A stretch of 64,000 bases of DNA from an uncultured Acidobacteriota bacterium (GCA_963822445.1 CAWGHO010000001.1:384001-448000); one strand, 5' to 3'; positions 39,317 through 51,739 are shown, counted from the stretch's first letter. Numbers and translations are program-made. Notes: generated by a model from the sequence alone, not told the origin.

Positions 39317-40999
39317 GTGAACCGCCGTCGTGCAGTTGGTGCGGAAATCGTCGATGGCGGCGTCCACTTTCGCGCGTGGGCGCCGTCGCAAACCGAAGTC
39401 GCGGTCGTCATCGACGGCCGCGATTTTCTTTTGCAACGCGAGCCGGACGGGTACCACTCGGGTGTAGTCGCGGAGGCAGGAGCCGGAACGTTGTATCGAT
39501 TCAGGCTCGAGGACGGCGACTATCCCGATCCCGCATCGCGCTTTCAACCGGACGGCGTGCACGGTCCGTCGCAGGTCATCGATCCGGCGTTCGCCTTTCG
39601 CGATTGGCCGGGCCTTCCGCAACAGCGCGTGCTGTACGAGATGCACATCGGCACGTTCACGCCCGAGGGAACGTATGCCGCGGCGATGCAGCACTTCCCC
39701 TTCCTCGCGGACCTCGGCATCAACGTCATCGAGCTGATGCCGGTGAATGAGTTCCCCGGCGAGTTCGGCTGGGGTTACGACGGCGTCGATCTCTGGGCTC
39801 CTACGCGTCTGTATGGCACGCCCGACGACCTGCGCCGCTTCGTCGACGAGGCCCACGCCAACGACATCGCCGTGATCCTCGACGTCGTCTACAACCACCT
39901 CGGTCCCGACGGGTGCTACCTCGCGAAATTCACGAAGGACTACTTCACCGACAAGTACGAGAACGAATGGGGCGAGGCGATCAACTTCGACGGCGAGAAC
40001 GCGCACGGCGTGCGCACGTTCGTCCTCGAGAACGCCGCGTACTGGATCGACGAGTATCGATTCGACGGCCTGCGCGTCGACGCCACGCAATCGATCTTCG
40101 ACGACTCGAAGCAGCACATCCTGTGCGAGATCACCGACGCGGTCCGCGCCGCCGCGAACGGACGCGCGACGTTCGTCGTCGCCGAAAACGAGCCGCAGGA
40201 CACGCGCCTCCTTCGCGAATACGGCTTCGACGCGATGTGGAACGACGACTGGCATCACGCGGCGATGGTCGCCGCCGGCGGCAGACGCGAGGCGTACTAC
40301 ACCGACTACGCCGGCACGCCGCAGGAATTCGTCTCGATGGCGAAGCTCGGCTTTCTGTATCAGGGGCAGTGGTACTCGTGGCAGAAGCAGCGCCGCGGCA
40401 CGTCCTCGATCGACATCCCATCCGAGCAACTCGTCGTCTACCTGCAGAACCACGATCAGATCGCGAATTCCGAGCGCGGTCAGCGCACGCATCATCCAGC
40501 CCTCATTGCCCTGCTCCTGCTGCAACCGCAAACGCCGATGCTTTTCCAGGGGCAGGAGTTCGCGGCTTCGGCGCCCTTCACCTACTTCGCCGATCACAAG
40601 CCCGAGCTCGCGGAGAAGGTCGCGAAAGGCCGGCACGAGTTTCTAGAGCAATTTCCTTCGATCAAAGGAAAAGAGCTGCCTCTGCCGCATGACCGCGCCA
40701 ACTTCGAGCGCTGCAAGCTCGATCACTCCGAGCGTGAAAAACACGCCGAGGTCGTCGCGATGTATCGCGAGTTGCTACGCCATCGCCGGGAGATGCCCTT
40801 CAGCGCCCGTATGGAAGGCGCGGTTCTCGGCGAGAAGGCGCTGGCCCTCCGCTGGTTCGGCGACGACCCTCGCCTGCTGCTGGTGAATTTCGCCGGAAAA
40901 GTCGACGTGAATGCCTCGGGCGAGCCGCTGCTCGCGGGCGACTGGCAGGTGCTCTGGAGAGCGGAGTCAGCCGTTCTGCTGGGTCCGAAAAAGGCGTAG
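39317..40999 (+). CDS. treZ: Malto-oligosyltrehalose trehalohydrolase (GH13); start may be 39260
   Basis: FRAWAP, YEMHIGTFT, WGYDGV, DVVYNHLGP, DGLRVDAT, QNHDQIAN. Confidence 0.88.
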   Translation: MNRRRAVGAEIVDGGVHFRAWAPSQTEVAVVIDGRDFLLQREPDGYHSGVVAEAGAGTLYRFRLEDGDYPDPASRFQPDGVHGPSQVIDPAFAFRDWPGLPQQRVLYEMHIGTFTPEGTYAAAMQHFPFLADLGINVIELMPVNEFPGEFGWGYDGVDLWAPTRLYGTPDDLRRFVDEAHANDIAVILDVVYNHLGPDGCYLAKFTKDYFTDKYENEWGEAINFDGENAHGVRTFVLENAAYWIDEYRFDGLRVDATQSIFDDSKQHILCEITDAVRAAANGRATFVVAENEPQDTRLLREYGFDAMWNDDWHHAAMVAAGGRREAYYTDYAGTPQEFVSMAKLGFLYQGQWYSWQKQRRGTSSIDIPSEQLVVYLQNHDQIANSERGQRTHHPALIALLLLQPQTPMLFQGQEFAASAPFTYFADHKPELAEKVAKGRHEFLEQFPSIKGKELPLPHDRANFERCKLDHSEREKHAEVVAMYRELLRHRREMPFSARMEGAVLGEKALALRWFGDDPRLLLVNFAGKVDVNASGEPLLAGDWQVLWRAESAVLLGPKKA

Positions 41000-41032
41000 T
41001 GGTTGCACTGTGAAGCGACTCAGGAGCTCAAC

Positions 41033-42511
41033 ATGCGCAATACATTTCTCGCCCTCACGCTAACGCTCGCTACCGTCGCGTGCAGCACGAATCCGGCGAC
41101 GGGGAAGCGCGAATTCAACATCGTGTCCGAGGGACAGGAAGTCTCGATCGGACAGCAGTCGCACCAGGAAATCATCAAACAATTCGGCGTCTACGACGAA
41201 AAGCCGGAGCTGAACCGGCTCGTGTCGCAGATCGGAACGCGGCTGGCCGCGGCGTCCGAACGCCCTCACCTTCCGTGGACCTTCACGGTTCTCGATTCCC
41301 CGATGGTGAACGCCATGGCGCTGCCGGGCGGTTACATCTACATCACCCGCGGGATGCTTGAGAACATCAATTCCGAGGATGAGCTGGCGGGTGTGCTCGG
41401 CCACGAGATCGCGCACGTGACGGCGCGACATTCGGCCCAGCAGATCTCCCGTCAGCAGCTGGCCCAGTTCGGCATGGTCCTCGGCGCGGTCCTGGCCGGC
41501 CCGGAAGCCGTGCAGCAATACGGGCAGCTCGCCGAGATCGGACTGGGACTGCTCTTCCAGCGCTACTCGCGCGCCCATGAGACTCAGGCTGACCTTCTCG
41601 GCACGGGCTATCTCGCCGAAACGAATTTCAATCCCGTCGGCGCGGAGCGGATGCTGATGACGCTGCAGCGTCTCGACAAGAATCCGGCGACCGGCATCGA
41701 TCGCTACTTCCTCTCCCATCCCGATCCCGCCAAGCGCGTCAAGGACGTGAGGGCGAAGGTCGCGGAGCTGAGCGGCAGCGGCATGCTGTCCGCGAGCGCA
41801 ACGACGCCGCCCGATCGTGATTCGTATGTGCGGATGCTCGACGGGATCATCACCTCGAACAGCACCGAGCACATGACCATCAAGGACGGCGTGATTTACG
41901 ACCGCGGCCATGGTCTGGTCGTGCGCGCGCCGCAGGGCTGGGTGGCCACCACCGCGCCGGGCGTGCTCTTCGCGATGACGTCAAAGCGCGACCCCAACTC
42001 GCAGTTCATCGCCCAGGAGATCGACGTCAATCAGTTGCAGGGCCGGAACGCCCAGGAGGCGATCCGCATCCGCCTCGAACAGATGGGACTTCGTTACGCC
42101 GGCTCGCGGCAGGCCAACATGGCCAGCGGCGAGCGGATGGCTGTCGACGTCTGGCAGGGGCAAACCCAGGGCGGTGTGGTCGGCGTTGAAACGACGCAGT
42201 TCACTCACGGCGACCATGTGGCCGTGCTGATGTTCGTTTCGCCGTCGATCAATTCACGCAACAGTCCGATGAGCGCCGTGCTCTCGAACATCGAGCGCAA
42301 CCCGGCGCGCGTGCGGTCGGTCACTCCTCCGCGCATGCGCGTAGGCGAAGTGCGCCGCGGCGAATCGTGGAGCGATCTCGCCCGCCGCGCGACCGGGAAC
42401 GCCGGCGACGCGGAAGCGATCGCGAACATGAACGGCTTCGACGTCCAGACGCCGCCCTCGAGCGGCATGGCCGTCAAACTGCCGGAAGAGGTGATCGCCG
42501 AGGAGCGGTAA
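41033..42511 (+). CDS. M48 family metalloprotease lipoprotein with LysM-like C-terminus
   Basis: Lipobox TVAC-STNPATG, NAMALPGG, HEIAH, ETQAD, SHP. Confidence 0.9.
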   Translation: MRNTFLALTLTLATVACSTNPATGKREFNIVSEGQEVSIGQQSHQEIIKQFGVYDEKPELNRLVSQIGTRLAAASERPHLPWTFTVLDSPMVNAMALPGGYIYITRGMLENINSEDELAGVLGHEIAHVTARHSAQQISRQQLAQFGMVLGAVLAGPEAVQQYGQLAEIGLGLLFQRYSRAHETQADLLGTGYLAETNFNPVGAERMLMTLQRLDKNPATGIDRYFLSHPDPAKRVKDVRAKVAELSGSGMLSASATTPPDRDSYVRMLDGIITSNSTEHMTIKDGVIYDRGHGLVVRAPQGWVATTAPGVLFAMTSKRDPNSQFIAQEIDVNQLQGRNAQEAIRIRLEQMGLRYAGSRQANMASGERMAVDVWQGQTQGGVVGVETTQFTHGDHVAVLMFVSPSINSRNSPMSAVLSNIERNPARVRSVTPPRMRVGEVRRGESWSDLARRATGNAGDAEAIANMNGFDVQTPPSSGMAVKLPEEVIAEER

Positions 42512-43098
42512 GGAGAATGACAGCGATCGCGATCCCGACCAGAACTTCGGAGATCGCGAAACCGACGAGAAACGTCTCGGTGTTCTTCGCCAGTCCGGCC
42601 GGGCGTAAGGCTTGGTCGGACGCGTTCCACCCGAGGTGGAGCCCGATGGGAAGCCATAGCGTGCGGCTCCTCAGGAATGCGAGCGCCGAACGCAAGCCCG
42701 AAGACTGTGATCGCGATCCACTCGCCGCGTGAATCCACCAGCGCCTTGAAGGCGAAGCCGCGGAAAAGAAGCTCCTCGACGAGGACAGACGACAGCAGGA
42801 AAAGCACCACTGCCAACTCGACCTTCGGCTCGATGGTGCCGCCGTAAACCGACGTGAGGGTGACGGCGCGAATGACGTTCATGGCCACGCCTGCAACCAG
42901 GCCGATTCCGGCCAGACCAATTCGCGCGGGGCGAGGAGTCAGCCCCAAAGTGGCCAGCGCTCGACGATCGAAAGCGAACGTCAACCCCAGGATCAACAGC
43001 GGATACGCGAACGGCACGCCGACCATGCCTGCCACGGGCAAGAGCGCGAGAGTCAGTACCAGAAAGGCAAGCGCGCGCACGGCAAGCGACGGTACCAC
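42474..43098 (-). pseudogene. CPBP (CAAX/Abi) intramembrane protease, frameshifted and apparently lacking the FxxxH segment
   Basis: EELLFRG in one frame, LWLPIGLHLGWN in another; the intervening motif is absent. Confidence 0.65.
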
Positions 43099-43116
43099 GG
43101 GCTAAACTGAGGGGGC

Positions 43117-43641
43117 ATGTCGGAAGAGCGTTTCTCGGAAGTCCGCCCCCGCCCCAGCGTCGATCAGTTACTGCGCACGGTGCAACAGCATCACGTGCAC
43201 CTCAGCGCGCTCGCCGATACCAAGGCCGGCCTGATCATCACCATCTCCTCGATCGTGCTGACCATCGCCTTGAGCCGTGCCGGCGACCCGCAGCTGCGCG
43301 CCGCGCTCCTCACACTGGCGATGGCATGTCTGCTCGCGCTTTTGCTGGCGATCTTCGCGGTGCTTCCGACATTCGCTCCCCGCCGTTCGAAAGGCGGACC
43401 GGTCCGGCGCAACCTGCTGTTCTTCGGCCACTTCGCCGCGCTGAGCGAGGAGGAGTTCCTCGACGAGATGGAGAAGGTCATCACCGACGACACGCTGCTC
43501 ATCGAGACCGCGCTGCGGGACATCTACGCGCTGGGCATCTACCTCTATCGCAAGAAGTACCGGCTGCTGCGGATGTCCTACGTCGCGCTGGTGACGGGGT
43601 TCATTCTGGCGACGATGGTCGAGGTGTTCGTTCTCATCTGA
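43117..43641 (+). CDS. DUF5706 / Pycsar-effector-like membrane protein
   Basis: LSALADTKAG, NLLFFGHF, RKKYRLLR and three TMs. Confidence 0.8.
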   Translation: MSEERFSEVRPRPSVDQLLRTVQQHHVHLSALADTKAGLIITISSIVLTIALSRAGDPQLRAALLTLAMACLLALLLAIFAVLPTFAPRRSKGGPVRRNLLFFGHFAALSEEEFLDEMEKVITDDTLLIETALRDIYALGIYLYRKKYRLLRMSYVALVTGFILATMVEVFVLI

Positions 43642-44494
43642 ACGTTTCGCAGTCCTCGACCCGTCCCGACCGGAATCCCCGCTGGAACCACTCCATCCGT
43701 TGCGCGGCTGAGCCGTGGGTGAACGACTCCGGATTGACCGCGCGGCCGGACATCTCCTGAATGCGGTCGTCGCCGACCGCCGAGGCTGCGGCGAGGCCTT
43801 CCTCGACGTCGCCCGCCTCGAGGAGATTGCGCTGAGCGGTGTCGTGTCCCCAGACTCCGGCAAAGCAGTCCGCCTGCAGCTCGAGACGCACCGACAGCTC
43901 GTTCGCGTCGCCGCGACCGCTCTGCCGGGCGTTCTGAACCTGGTCGGAGATCCCAAGCAGGTTCTGGACGTGATGGCCGACCTCGTGGGCGATGACGTAA
44001 GCCTGGGCGAAGTCGCCCGGCGCGCCGAAGCGGCGGCTCAACTCGTCGTTGAACGCGAGATCGATGTACACGCGTTGATCGCCGGGGCAGTAGAACGGCC
44101 CCGCGGCCGCCTGACCCGTTCCGCAGGCGGTCTGGGTGATGTCGCGGTAGAGCACGAGGCGCGCGCGCTCGTACTGCATGTTCCGCGCGGCGAAGATCTT
44201 CGTCCAGACGTCCTGCGTGTCGGTCACCACGAAGGACGCGAACTGTGCCGAGCGCGACTCTTCGGGCGTCTCGTCGGTCGGTGCCGCGGTCTGGGTCCCC
44301 GGCTGGGTCGCCACACTGCCGCCGCTTCCGTCGAAGAGAGCGAAGAAATTCTTGCCGGTCAAGAGACTGAGAACGAGCAGGATGATCGCGCCGCCGCAAC
44401 CGACGGTGGGACCGCGGCCGAAGCCGAATCCACCGCCGCCCATGCCACGCCGATCTTCCACATCAGAGCCGAGGCCGCCTGGTGTCCAACGCAT
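43634..44494 (-). CDS. Neutral zinc metallopeptidase (YpfJ-like)
   Basis: VEDRRG, GPFYCPGD, AHEVGHHVQ, ELQADCFAG, FTHGS. Confidence 0.92.
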   Translation of the reverse strand: MRWTPGGLGSDVEDRRGMGGGGFGFGRGPTVGCGGAIILLVLSLLTGKNFFALFDGSGGSVATQPGTQTAAPTDETPEESRSAQFASFVVTDTQDVWTKIFAARNMQYERARLVLYRDITQTACGTGQAAAGPFYCPGDQRVYIDLAFNDELSRRFGAPGDFAQAYVIAHEVGHHVQNLLGISDQVQNARQSGRGDANELSVRLELQADCFAGVWGHDTAQRNLLEAGDVEEGLAAASAVGDDRIQEMSGRAVNPESFTHGSAAQRMEWFQRGFRSGRVEDCETFR

Positions 44495-44536
44495 GAAACG
44501 GTGGATAGCAGAAGCGGTGCCTAACGAGCTCGGCGG

Positions 44537-44615
44537 AGTGATTAGTCGTTAGTGGTTAGTGATTAGTAGAACGGCTTCAGGGCTACTAACGACTAATCAC
44601 TAACGACTAACGACT
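44537..44615. repeat. Inverted heptamer tandem arrays (AGTGATT/AGTCGTT ... AATCACT/AACGACT)
   Basis: About 4.5 units per arm around a 13-nt spacer, directly after the ftsK stop. Confidence 0.92.
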
Positions 44616-44618
44616 GGT

Positions 44619-47126
<2,508 letters not shown>

Positions 47127-47205
47127 CCCCTGCCCATCACTCCCAACTGACTATCGCGTGAGTGTAACAGAAGAAGTTACTTGCAACAGCAGGGCCCGGC
47201 CGGCA

Positions 47206-48282
47206 TCAGTTGGCGGGACTGACCTCGATCGTGCCGTTCATCGTGGTGTGCCCCGCACCGCATCCGCTGTTGGCGCAGACGTACGAGTAGGTCCCGCTCG
47301 CAGGAAGCGTGATGACCCGCTCGGTGGCCTCAGCCTCGTCGTCAAGGAACGGGATGTTGATCAGGATCTGGCCGGTCGGCGAGAAAAGCGTGAAACCGTG
47401 ATCGCCGAACGCGGCCGCGATCTCGAAGCGAACCTGATCCCCGGCCCGCAACGCCGCGGACTGATTGACCACGAAGAACCAGTTCGAGGCCGTGACCGTA
47501 ACGTTCTTCTGCTGCGGCGCGGGCGGCGCAACGCCCGTGTCCTCGAACGCCGGAACGAAGGTCGGATCCTCGGAACCGTTATCGACGACCGAACCGTAAA
47601 TGAACACCGGCTGGTCGGAGTCGTAGCTGATCCAGGCGTCGGTCAGGTCGCGATCGGGATCGCCGAAGAAGCCGGTGATGTTCGACGGCGACACGACACC
47701 GAAGGGCTGGAAGGTCAGGGTGTTGGTTCCGGCAACGGTGTTGTTGCGGTCGTACAGGGTGAAGTTGACCGTTGCCACGACGCTGTTCGGATTCGCGCCG
47801 CCCATGTTCGTGCGGAAGTTGCCGAGGGTTGCCTGGCCGGACTTGAGCTGGGAGATGACGCCTTTCTTTTTCGCCGCGCTGGCCTCGAGACCGGGCACGA
47901 ACTGGCCGAGCGTTCCGCCCTGCCGCGATGTGCGCTTGTCGGCGTAAATTCGTTGCGAGGCGATGAAGTCGTCGTCGGACGTCAGCCGGATCGCGCCGAG
48001 CGCGGGCGAGCCGGGGAAAAGGGCCTGGACGACGTCGTCGTAAACGGCCATCGACCGCTTGGCGACGGTGATGGTCTTGGTTCCCACGCCGCTGTTGTCG
48101 GCATTGCCGACCGGCAGATAGCGGGCGGTGATGGTGATGTCTTTGGTGAAGGACGGATTGACGATGCGCGCGTCCGTGAAGAACCCGTTCGCGCTACCGC
48201 CGATGGAGAGGTACACGTCCTTGGCGAAGCCGGACGTCGCGAAAACGAGTACACACACGAGTAAGAGCAGTCTGCGCCGCAT
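47206..48282 (-). CDS. Secreted protein: uncharacterised beta module fused to a C-terminal cupredoxin
   Basis: Signal peptide; GTLGQF, FRTNMG, GSVVDN..DP motifs; DHGF and CANSGCGAGHTTMNG. Confidence 0.75.
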   Translation of the reverse strand: MRRRLLLLVCVLVFATSGFAKDVYLSIGGSANGFFTDARIVNPSFTKDITITARYLPVGNADNSGVGTKTITVAKRSMAVYDDVVQALFPGSPALGAIRLTSDDDFIASQRIYADKRTSRQGGTLGQFVPGLEASAAKKKGVISQLKSGQATLGNFRTNMGGANPNSVVATVNFTLYDRNNTVAGTNTLTFQPFGVVSPSNITGFFGDPDRDLTDAWISYDSDQPVFIYGSVVDNGSEDPTFVPAFEDTGVAPPAPQQKNVTVTASNWFFVVNQSAALRAGDQVRFEIAAAFGDHGFTLFSPTGQILINIPFLDDEAEATERVITLPASGTYSYVCANSGCGAGHTTMNGTIEVSPAN

Positions 48283-48359
48283 TGAGATCCTCCGTATGGG
48301 AATGGTCGATGATACCCGCCCGGCAGTCCGGCTGCGGCGTCGTTACCGTTTCGTTTCCG

Positions 48360-48520
48360 GGCATGAGCAACCGGGAGGCCTCCGGCGGGCCGGCACGGCC
48401 GGCAGCGCTGATGTTGGCGTGAACGCGACTCGCGCTAGCTACCGCGACCGCGGCAGCAGGCACAACCAGCGCCTGCCGGCCCGTGGCCGGCCCGCCGGAG
48501 GCCTCCCGGTCGCTCGTGCC
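48360..48520. repeat. About 160-bp imperfect inverted repeat (MITE/REPIN-like)
   Basis: Arms of about 50 bp: GGCATGAGCAACCGGGAGGCCTCCGGCGGGCCGGC... and ...GCCGGCCCGCCGGAGGCCTCCCGGTCGCTCGTGCC. Confidence 0.8.
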
Positions 48521-50283
48521 TAGAACAGAGCCGGTTCCTGATACGTACCGAAGACGTCGCGGAACGCGTCGGAGATCTCCCCCACCGTCGCGTAAACCTT
48601 CACCGCCTCGATCAGCGGAGGCATCGTGTTCGCCTCCGGATCGGCCGCGGCATTGCGCAGGGCCTGCAGGGCGTCCTGCACCTTCTGGTTGTCGCGCGTG
48701 GCCCGAACCTGGTTCAGCAATGCGATCTGTTCGGCCGTGACCGACTCGTCGATATAAAGCGCGTCGTAAGGCTCCTCGGTCTCCATCCGGAACGCGTTCA
48801 TGCCGACCACGACCTTCTCGCCGGAGTCGACCGAGCGCTGGAACTGATACGAGGCGTCCCAGATCTCGCGTTGCGGGAAGCCGGCCTCGATCGCCTCGAC
48901 CATGCCGCCGAACTGGTCGATCTTCTCGATGTACTCGAAGCAGCCCTTCTCCATCTTGTTCGTGAGCTCTTCCATGAAGTACGAGCCGCCGAACGGATCG
49001 ACCGTGTTGATGACGCCCGACTCGTGGGCGATGATTTGCTGCGTGCGCAGGGCGATGCGCGCGGCCTGCTCGGTCGGCAGGGCGAGCGTTTCATCGAGTG
49101 AGTTCGTGTGCAGCGAGTTCGTTCCGCCGAATACCGCGGCGAGCGCCTGGATCGTGACGCGAACGATGTTGTTGTACGGCTGCTGTGCGGTGAGCGAACA
49201 ACCGGCGGTCTGCGTGTGGAAGCGGAGCTGCCACGAGCGCGGGTCCTTGGCGCCGTAACGGTCGCGCATGACCTTCGCCCAGACACGCCGCGCAGCGCGG
49301 AACTTCGCGACCTCTTCGAAGAGATCGTTGTGCGAATTGAAGAAGAACGAGAGCCGCGGCGCGAAGTCATCGACGTCGAGACCGGCACGCACCGCGTATT
49401 CGACGTACTCCATCCCGTCGCGCAGGGTGAATGCGAGCTCCTGCAGCGCCGTCGATCCCGCCTCGCGGATGTGGTAGCCGCTGATGGAGATCGTGTTGTA
49501 GCGGGGCACGTGCTCGGTGCAGAACTTGATCGTATCGGTGATCAGCCGCATCGAGGGCCGCGGCGGGTAGATGTACTCCTTCTGGGCGATGTACTCCTTG
49601 AGGATGTCGTTCTGCAGCGTGCCGGAGATCTTCTTCCAGTCCGCTCCCTGCTTCTCGGCGACGGCGAGATACATCGCCAGCGCGACGGGGCCGGTGGAGT
49701 TGATGGTCATGGAGACGGTGACGTCCTCGAGGTTGATGCCGTCGAAGAGCGTCTCCATGTCCGCGAGCGTGTCGACCGCGACGCCGCACTTGCCCACTTC
49801 ACCGGCGCTGTAGTGGTGATCGGAGTCGTAGCCGTACAGCGTCGGCAGGTGGAACGCCGTCGACAGACCGGTCTGCCCCTGGGAGAGCAGGTACTTGAAG
49901 CGCTCGTTCGTCTGACGCGCGGTGCCAAAGCCGGCGAACTGCCGCATGGTCCAGAGACGGCCGCGATAGCCGGTCGGATGAATGCCGCGGGTGTAGGGGA
50001 ACTCGCCGGGATAGGCGACTTCGTGAAAGTCCTGGTCGGCCGTCGAGAGCGGCGTGGCCAGCGGATTCACTTCCATCCCGCTGACGGTGGTGTAGTCGTT
50101 CTTCCAGTATGGCTTCTTCTTGAGGACCGGGCCGAGCACGTCGCGCCGCCAGGCCGACTCTTCCTTCTGGATGCTCGCGACGGCTTCGCGTGAGAAGAGT
50201 GAAAGCTGCTCCTCCGCCGCTTTGGGAACCTGCGGAAGAGTGGTGGTCTCAGTGCTGCGAAGATCGGTTTCGTGACGGCTCAT
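48520..50283 (-). CDS. B12-dependent acyl-CoA mutase large subunit (isobutyryl-CoA mutase-like specificity residues)
   Basis: [40 protein letters not shown]; no cobalamin-binding domain. Confidence 0.9.
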   Translation of the reverse strand: MSRHETDLRSTETTTLPQVPKAAEEQLSLFSREAVASIQKEESAWRRDVLGPVLKKKPYWKNDYTTVSGMEVNPLATPLSTADQDFHEVAYPGEFPYTRGIHPTGYRGRLWTMRQFAGFGTARQTNERFKYLLSQGQTGLSTAFHLPTLYGYDSDHHYSAGEVGKCGVAVDTLADMETLFDGINLEDVTVSMTINSTGPVALAMYLAVAEKQGADWKKISGTLQNDILKEYIAQKEYIYPPRPSMRLITDTIKFCTEHVPRYNTISISGYHIREAGSTALQELAFTLRDGMEYVEYAVRAGLDVDDFAPRLSFFFNSHNDLFEEVAKFRAARRVWAKVMRDRYGAKDPRSWQLRFHTQTAGCSLTAQQPYNNIVRVTIQALAAVFGGTNSLHTNSLDETLALPTEQAARIALRTQQIIAHESGVINTVDPFGGSYFMEELTNKMEKGCFEYIEKIDQFGGMVEAIEAGFPQREIWDASYQFQRSVDSGEKVVVGMNAFRMETEEPYDALYIDESVTAEQIALLNQVRATRDNQKVQDALQALRNAAADPEANTMPPLIEAVKVYATVGEISDAFRDVFGTYQEPALF

Positions 50284-50301
50284 GTGGAAGCTCTCCGGGC
50301 G

Positions 50302-50781
50302 TTAACTATAACGCGGTGATTTCTTTGCGAGGAATGCGCCGAGGCCCTCCTGGGGCTCGCCGATGGCGAAGAGGCGGGCGAATTCGGCACGCTCGAGGCG
50401 ATCTCCGCCGCGGGCTCGAATGAGCGTCGCAGCGGAGTCGAGGGCCAGAACGCTTCGATTGCGCGTCCAGTTCCCGAGCCAGGTATCGGCGTCATCGTCC
50501 GTGATCTCGTCGACCAGCTCCTCGGATGTACCGCCACGGAGGTACCAGCGCCAGGCACCGCGGCCCAGCCGCCAGGCCGCCCCCGCCCACCCTTCCGGCG
50601 CGTCGAGGACGAGGGTCGCGCCGCGGCGAAGAACCGCGTAATCGGCGAAGAGCATCGCCGCGGCGGCGAGGCCGCGCAGCTCCCCTTCCCCGAATGCGAC
50701 CACGAGCTCGCTCCGAGTGAGAAGCTCGTCGAGCGCCGCGCCGTCGACTGCGCGCAGCTCGGCGCCCGTCAGAAAGAGCAT
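50302..50781 (-). CDS. Short degenerate crotonase/enoyl-CoA-hydratase-like protein
   Basis: C-terminal EGLGAFLAKKSPRY; LVDEI; reduced length. Confidence 0.55.
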   Translation of the reverse strand: MLFLTGAELRAVDGAALDELLTRSELVVAFGEGELRGLAAAAMLFADYAVLRRGATLVLDAPEGWAGAAWRLGRGAWRWYLRGGTSEELVDEITDDDADTWLGNWTRNRSVLALDSAATLIRARGGDRLERAEFARLFAIGEPQEGLGAFLAKKSPRYS

Positions 50782-51095
50782 TACTTGAAGATGGAGAAGA
50801 CCCGGCCGACGAGTCCCGTGTCTTCGTGCTTGGCGATCTGCTCGATCTCACCGGCGTCGAGGAACATGCCGCCGCAGTTCGCGCACTGATCGACTTTCAC
50901 GCCGTGCAGGTCGATTTCCTTCAGGTCCATGCCGCACTTCGGGCACTTCATCCAGTGGGCCTGCTTGAGCTTGTCCTTCTCCTCGGCGGCCATCTTCGCC
51001 GACTGTTCTTTCGCCCATTTCTTGCGGCGCTCGAGCTCCTGCCGCGCAAAGTACTCGTCTTCCGCTTTGCTGGGCTTGTCGATTCCGTCTGACAT
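50781..51095 (-). CDS. zf-TFIIB zinc-ribbon protein
   Basis: EDEYF, CPKCG...DQCANCGGMFLDAGE. Confidence 0.85.
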   Translation of the reverse strand: MSDGIDKPSKAEDEYFARQELERRKKWAKEQSAKMAAEEKDKLKQAHWMKCPKCGMDLKEIDLHGVKVDQCANCGGMFLDAGEIEQIAKHEDTGLVGRVFSIFK

Positions 51096-51122
51096 GGTGA
51101 ACCTCCCGTTCGACGGGCGATT

Positions 51123-51509
51123 CTATCGGAGTTGCGCGAGCCGAAGTGACGTATGCGCGGCAAGGCGCGAGAAGACGTCATCTCGCGAAAACAGGACCCC
51201 GTTCAGATCGAGCGCACATTGCGCAACGTGTGCATCGGGGATGGTGACCTTGACCCCTTTTGCACTGAGGATGCGACGCAATTCTCCTACTCGCATCCAG
51301 TGCTCGAGAGGCGTTTCATGGAGCGGAAAATCCTGGAGGAGCTCACCAACCGCCGCCCGATGCCGTGGAGTCATGTCGCCGGATAGAAGCTCTGCAACGA
51401 CGAGCGGAGGTACGACAACCGTGCCGTGGGCTAACGCATCTTCGACATCCTCGATGATCGCACCGCCGAGAATGTCGATCCAGACCGACGTATCAACGAT
51501 GGCGGCCAC
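51123..51509 (-). CDS. vapC: PIN-domain toxin (VapC family)
   Basis: VDTSVWID, AELLSG, IPDAHVA, SRDDVF. Confidence 0.88.
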   Translation of the reverse strand: MAAIVDTSVWIDILGGAIIEDVEDALAHGTVVVPPLVVAELLSGDMTPRHRAAVGELLQDFPLHETPLEHWMRVGELRRILSAKGVKVTIPDAHVAQCALDLNGVLFSRDDVFSRLAAHTSLRLAQLR

Positions 51510-51699
51510 GGAGCGCGTCGATATCGAGTTTGAGATGAATCTTGCCGCGCAGATTCATCAACTTGTCATGTGCGCGTGTGCGTTTGATGTGCTCCAGGCC
51601 TTCCACGATCGTATCCGTGATCCCTTTTCCGGTTACGTTCATTGCCGAGTCGAGGAGGTCTTCGGGAAGATTCGCGGTGATGCGTCTTACTTTACCCAC
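51493..51699 (-). CDS. RHH antitoxin (VapB-like)
   Basis: RRITANLPEDLL ribbon-helix-helix; overlaps the PIN gene. Confidence 0.75.
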   Translation of the reverse strand: MGKVRRITANLPEDLLDSAMNVTGKGITDTIVEGLEHIKRTRAHDKLMNLRGKIHLKLDIDALRGRHR

Positions 51700-51739
51700 A
51701 TGACGATACTACCGACCGTATTGATCGTCGTCAATATGA

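Noticed and set aside
48283-48360. Cobalamin riboswitch near the B12-dependent mutase
   Set aside because: The structured region lies downstream of the mutase and no B12-box consensus was recognisable.
51123-51699. vapBC-like pair as part of a larger island
   Set aside because: Ordinary isolated type II toxin-antitoxin module with no integrase or att sites visible.
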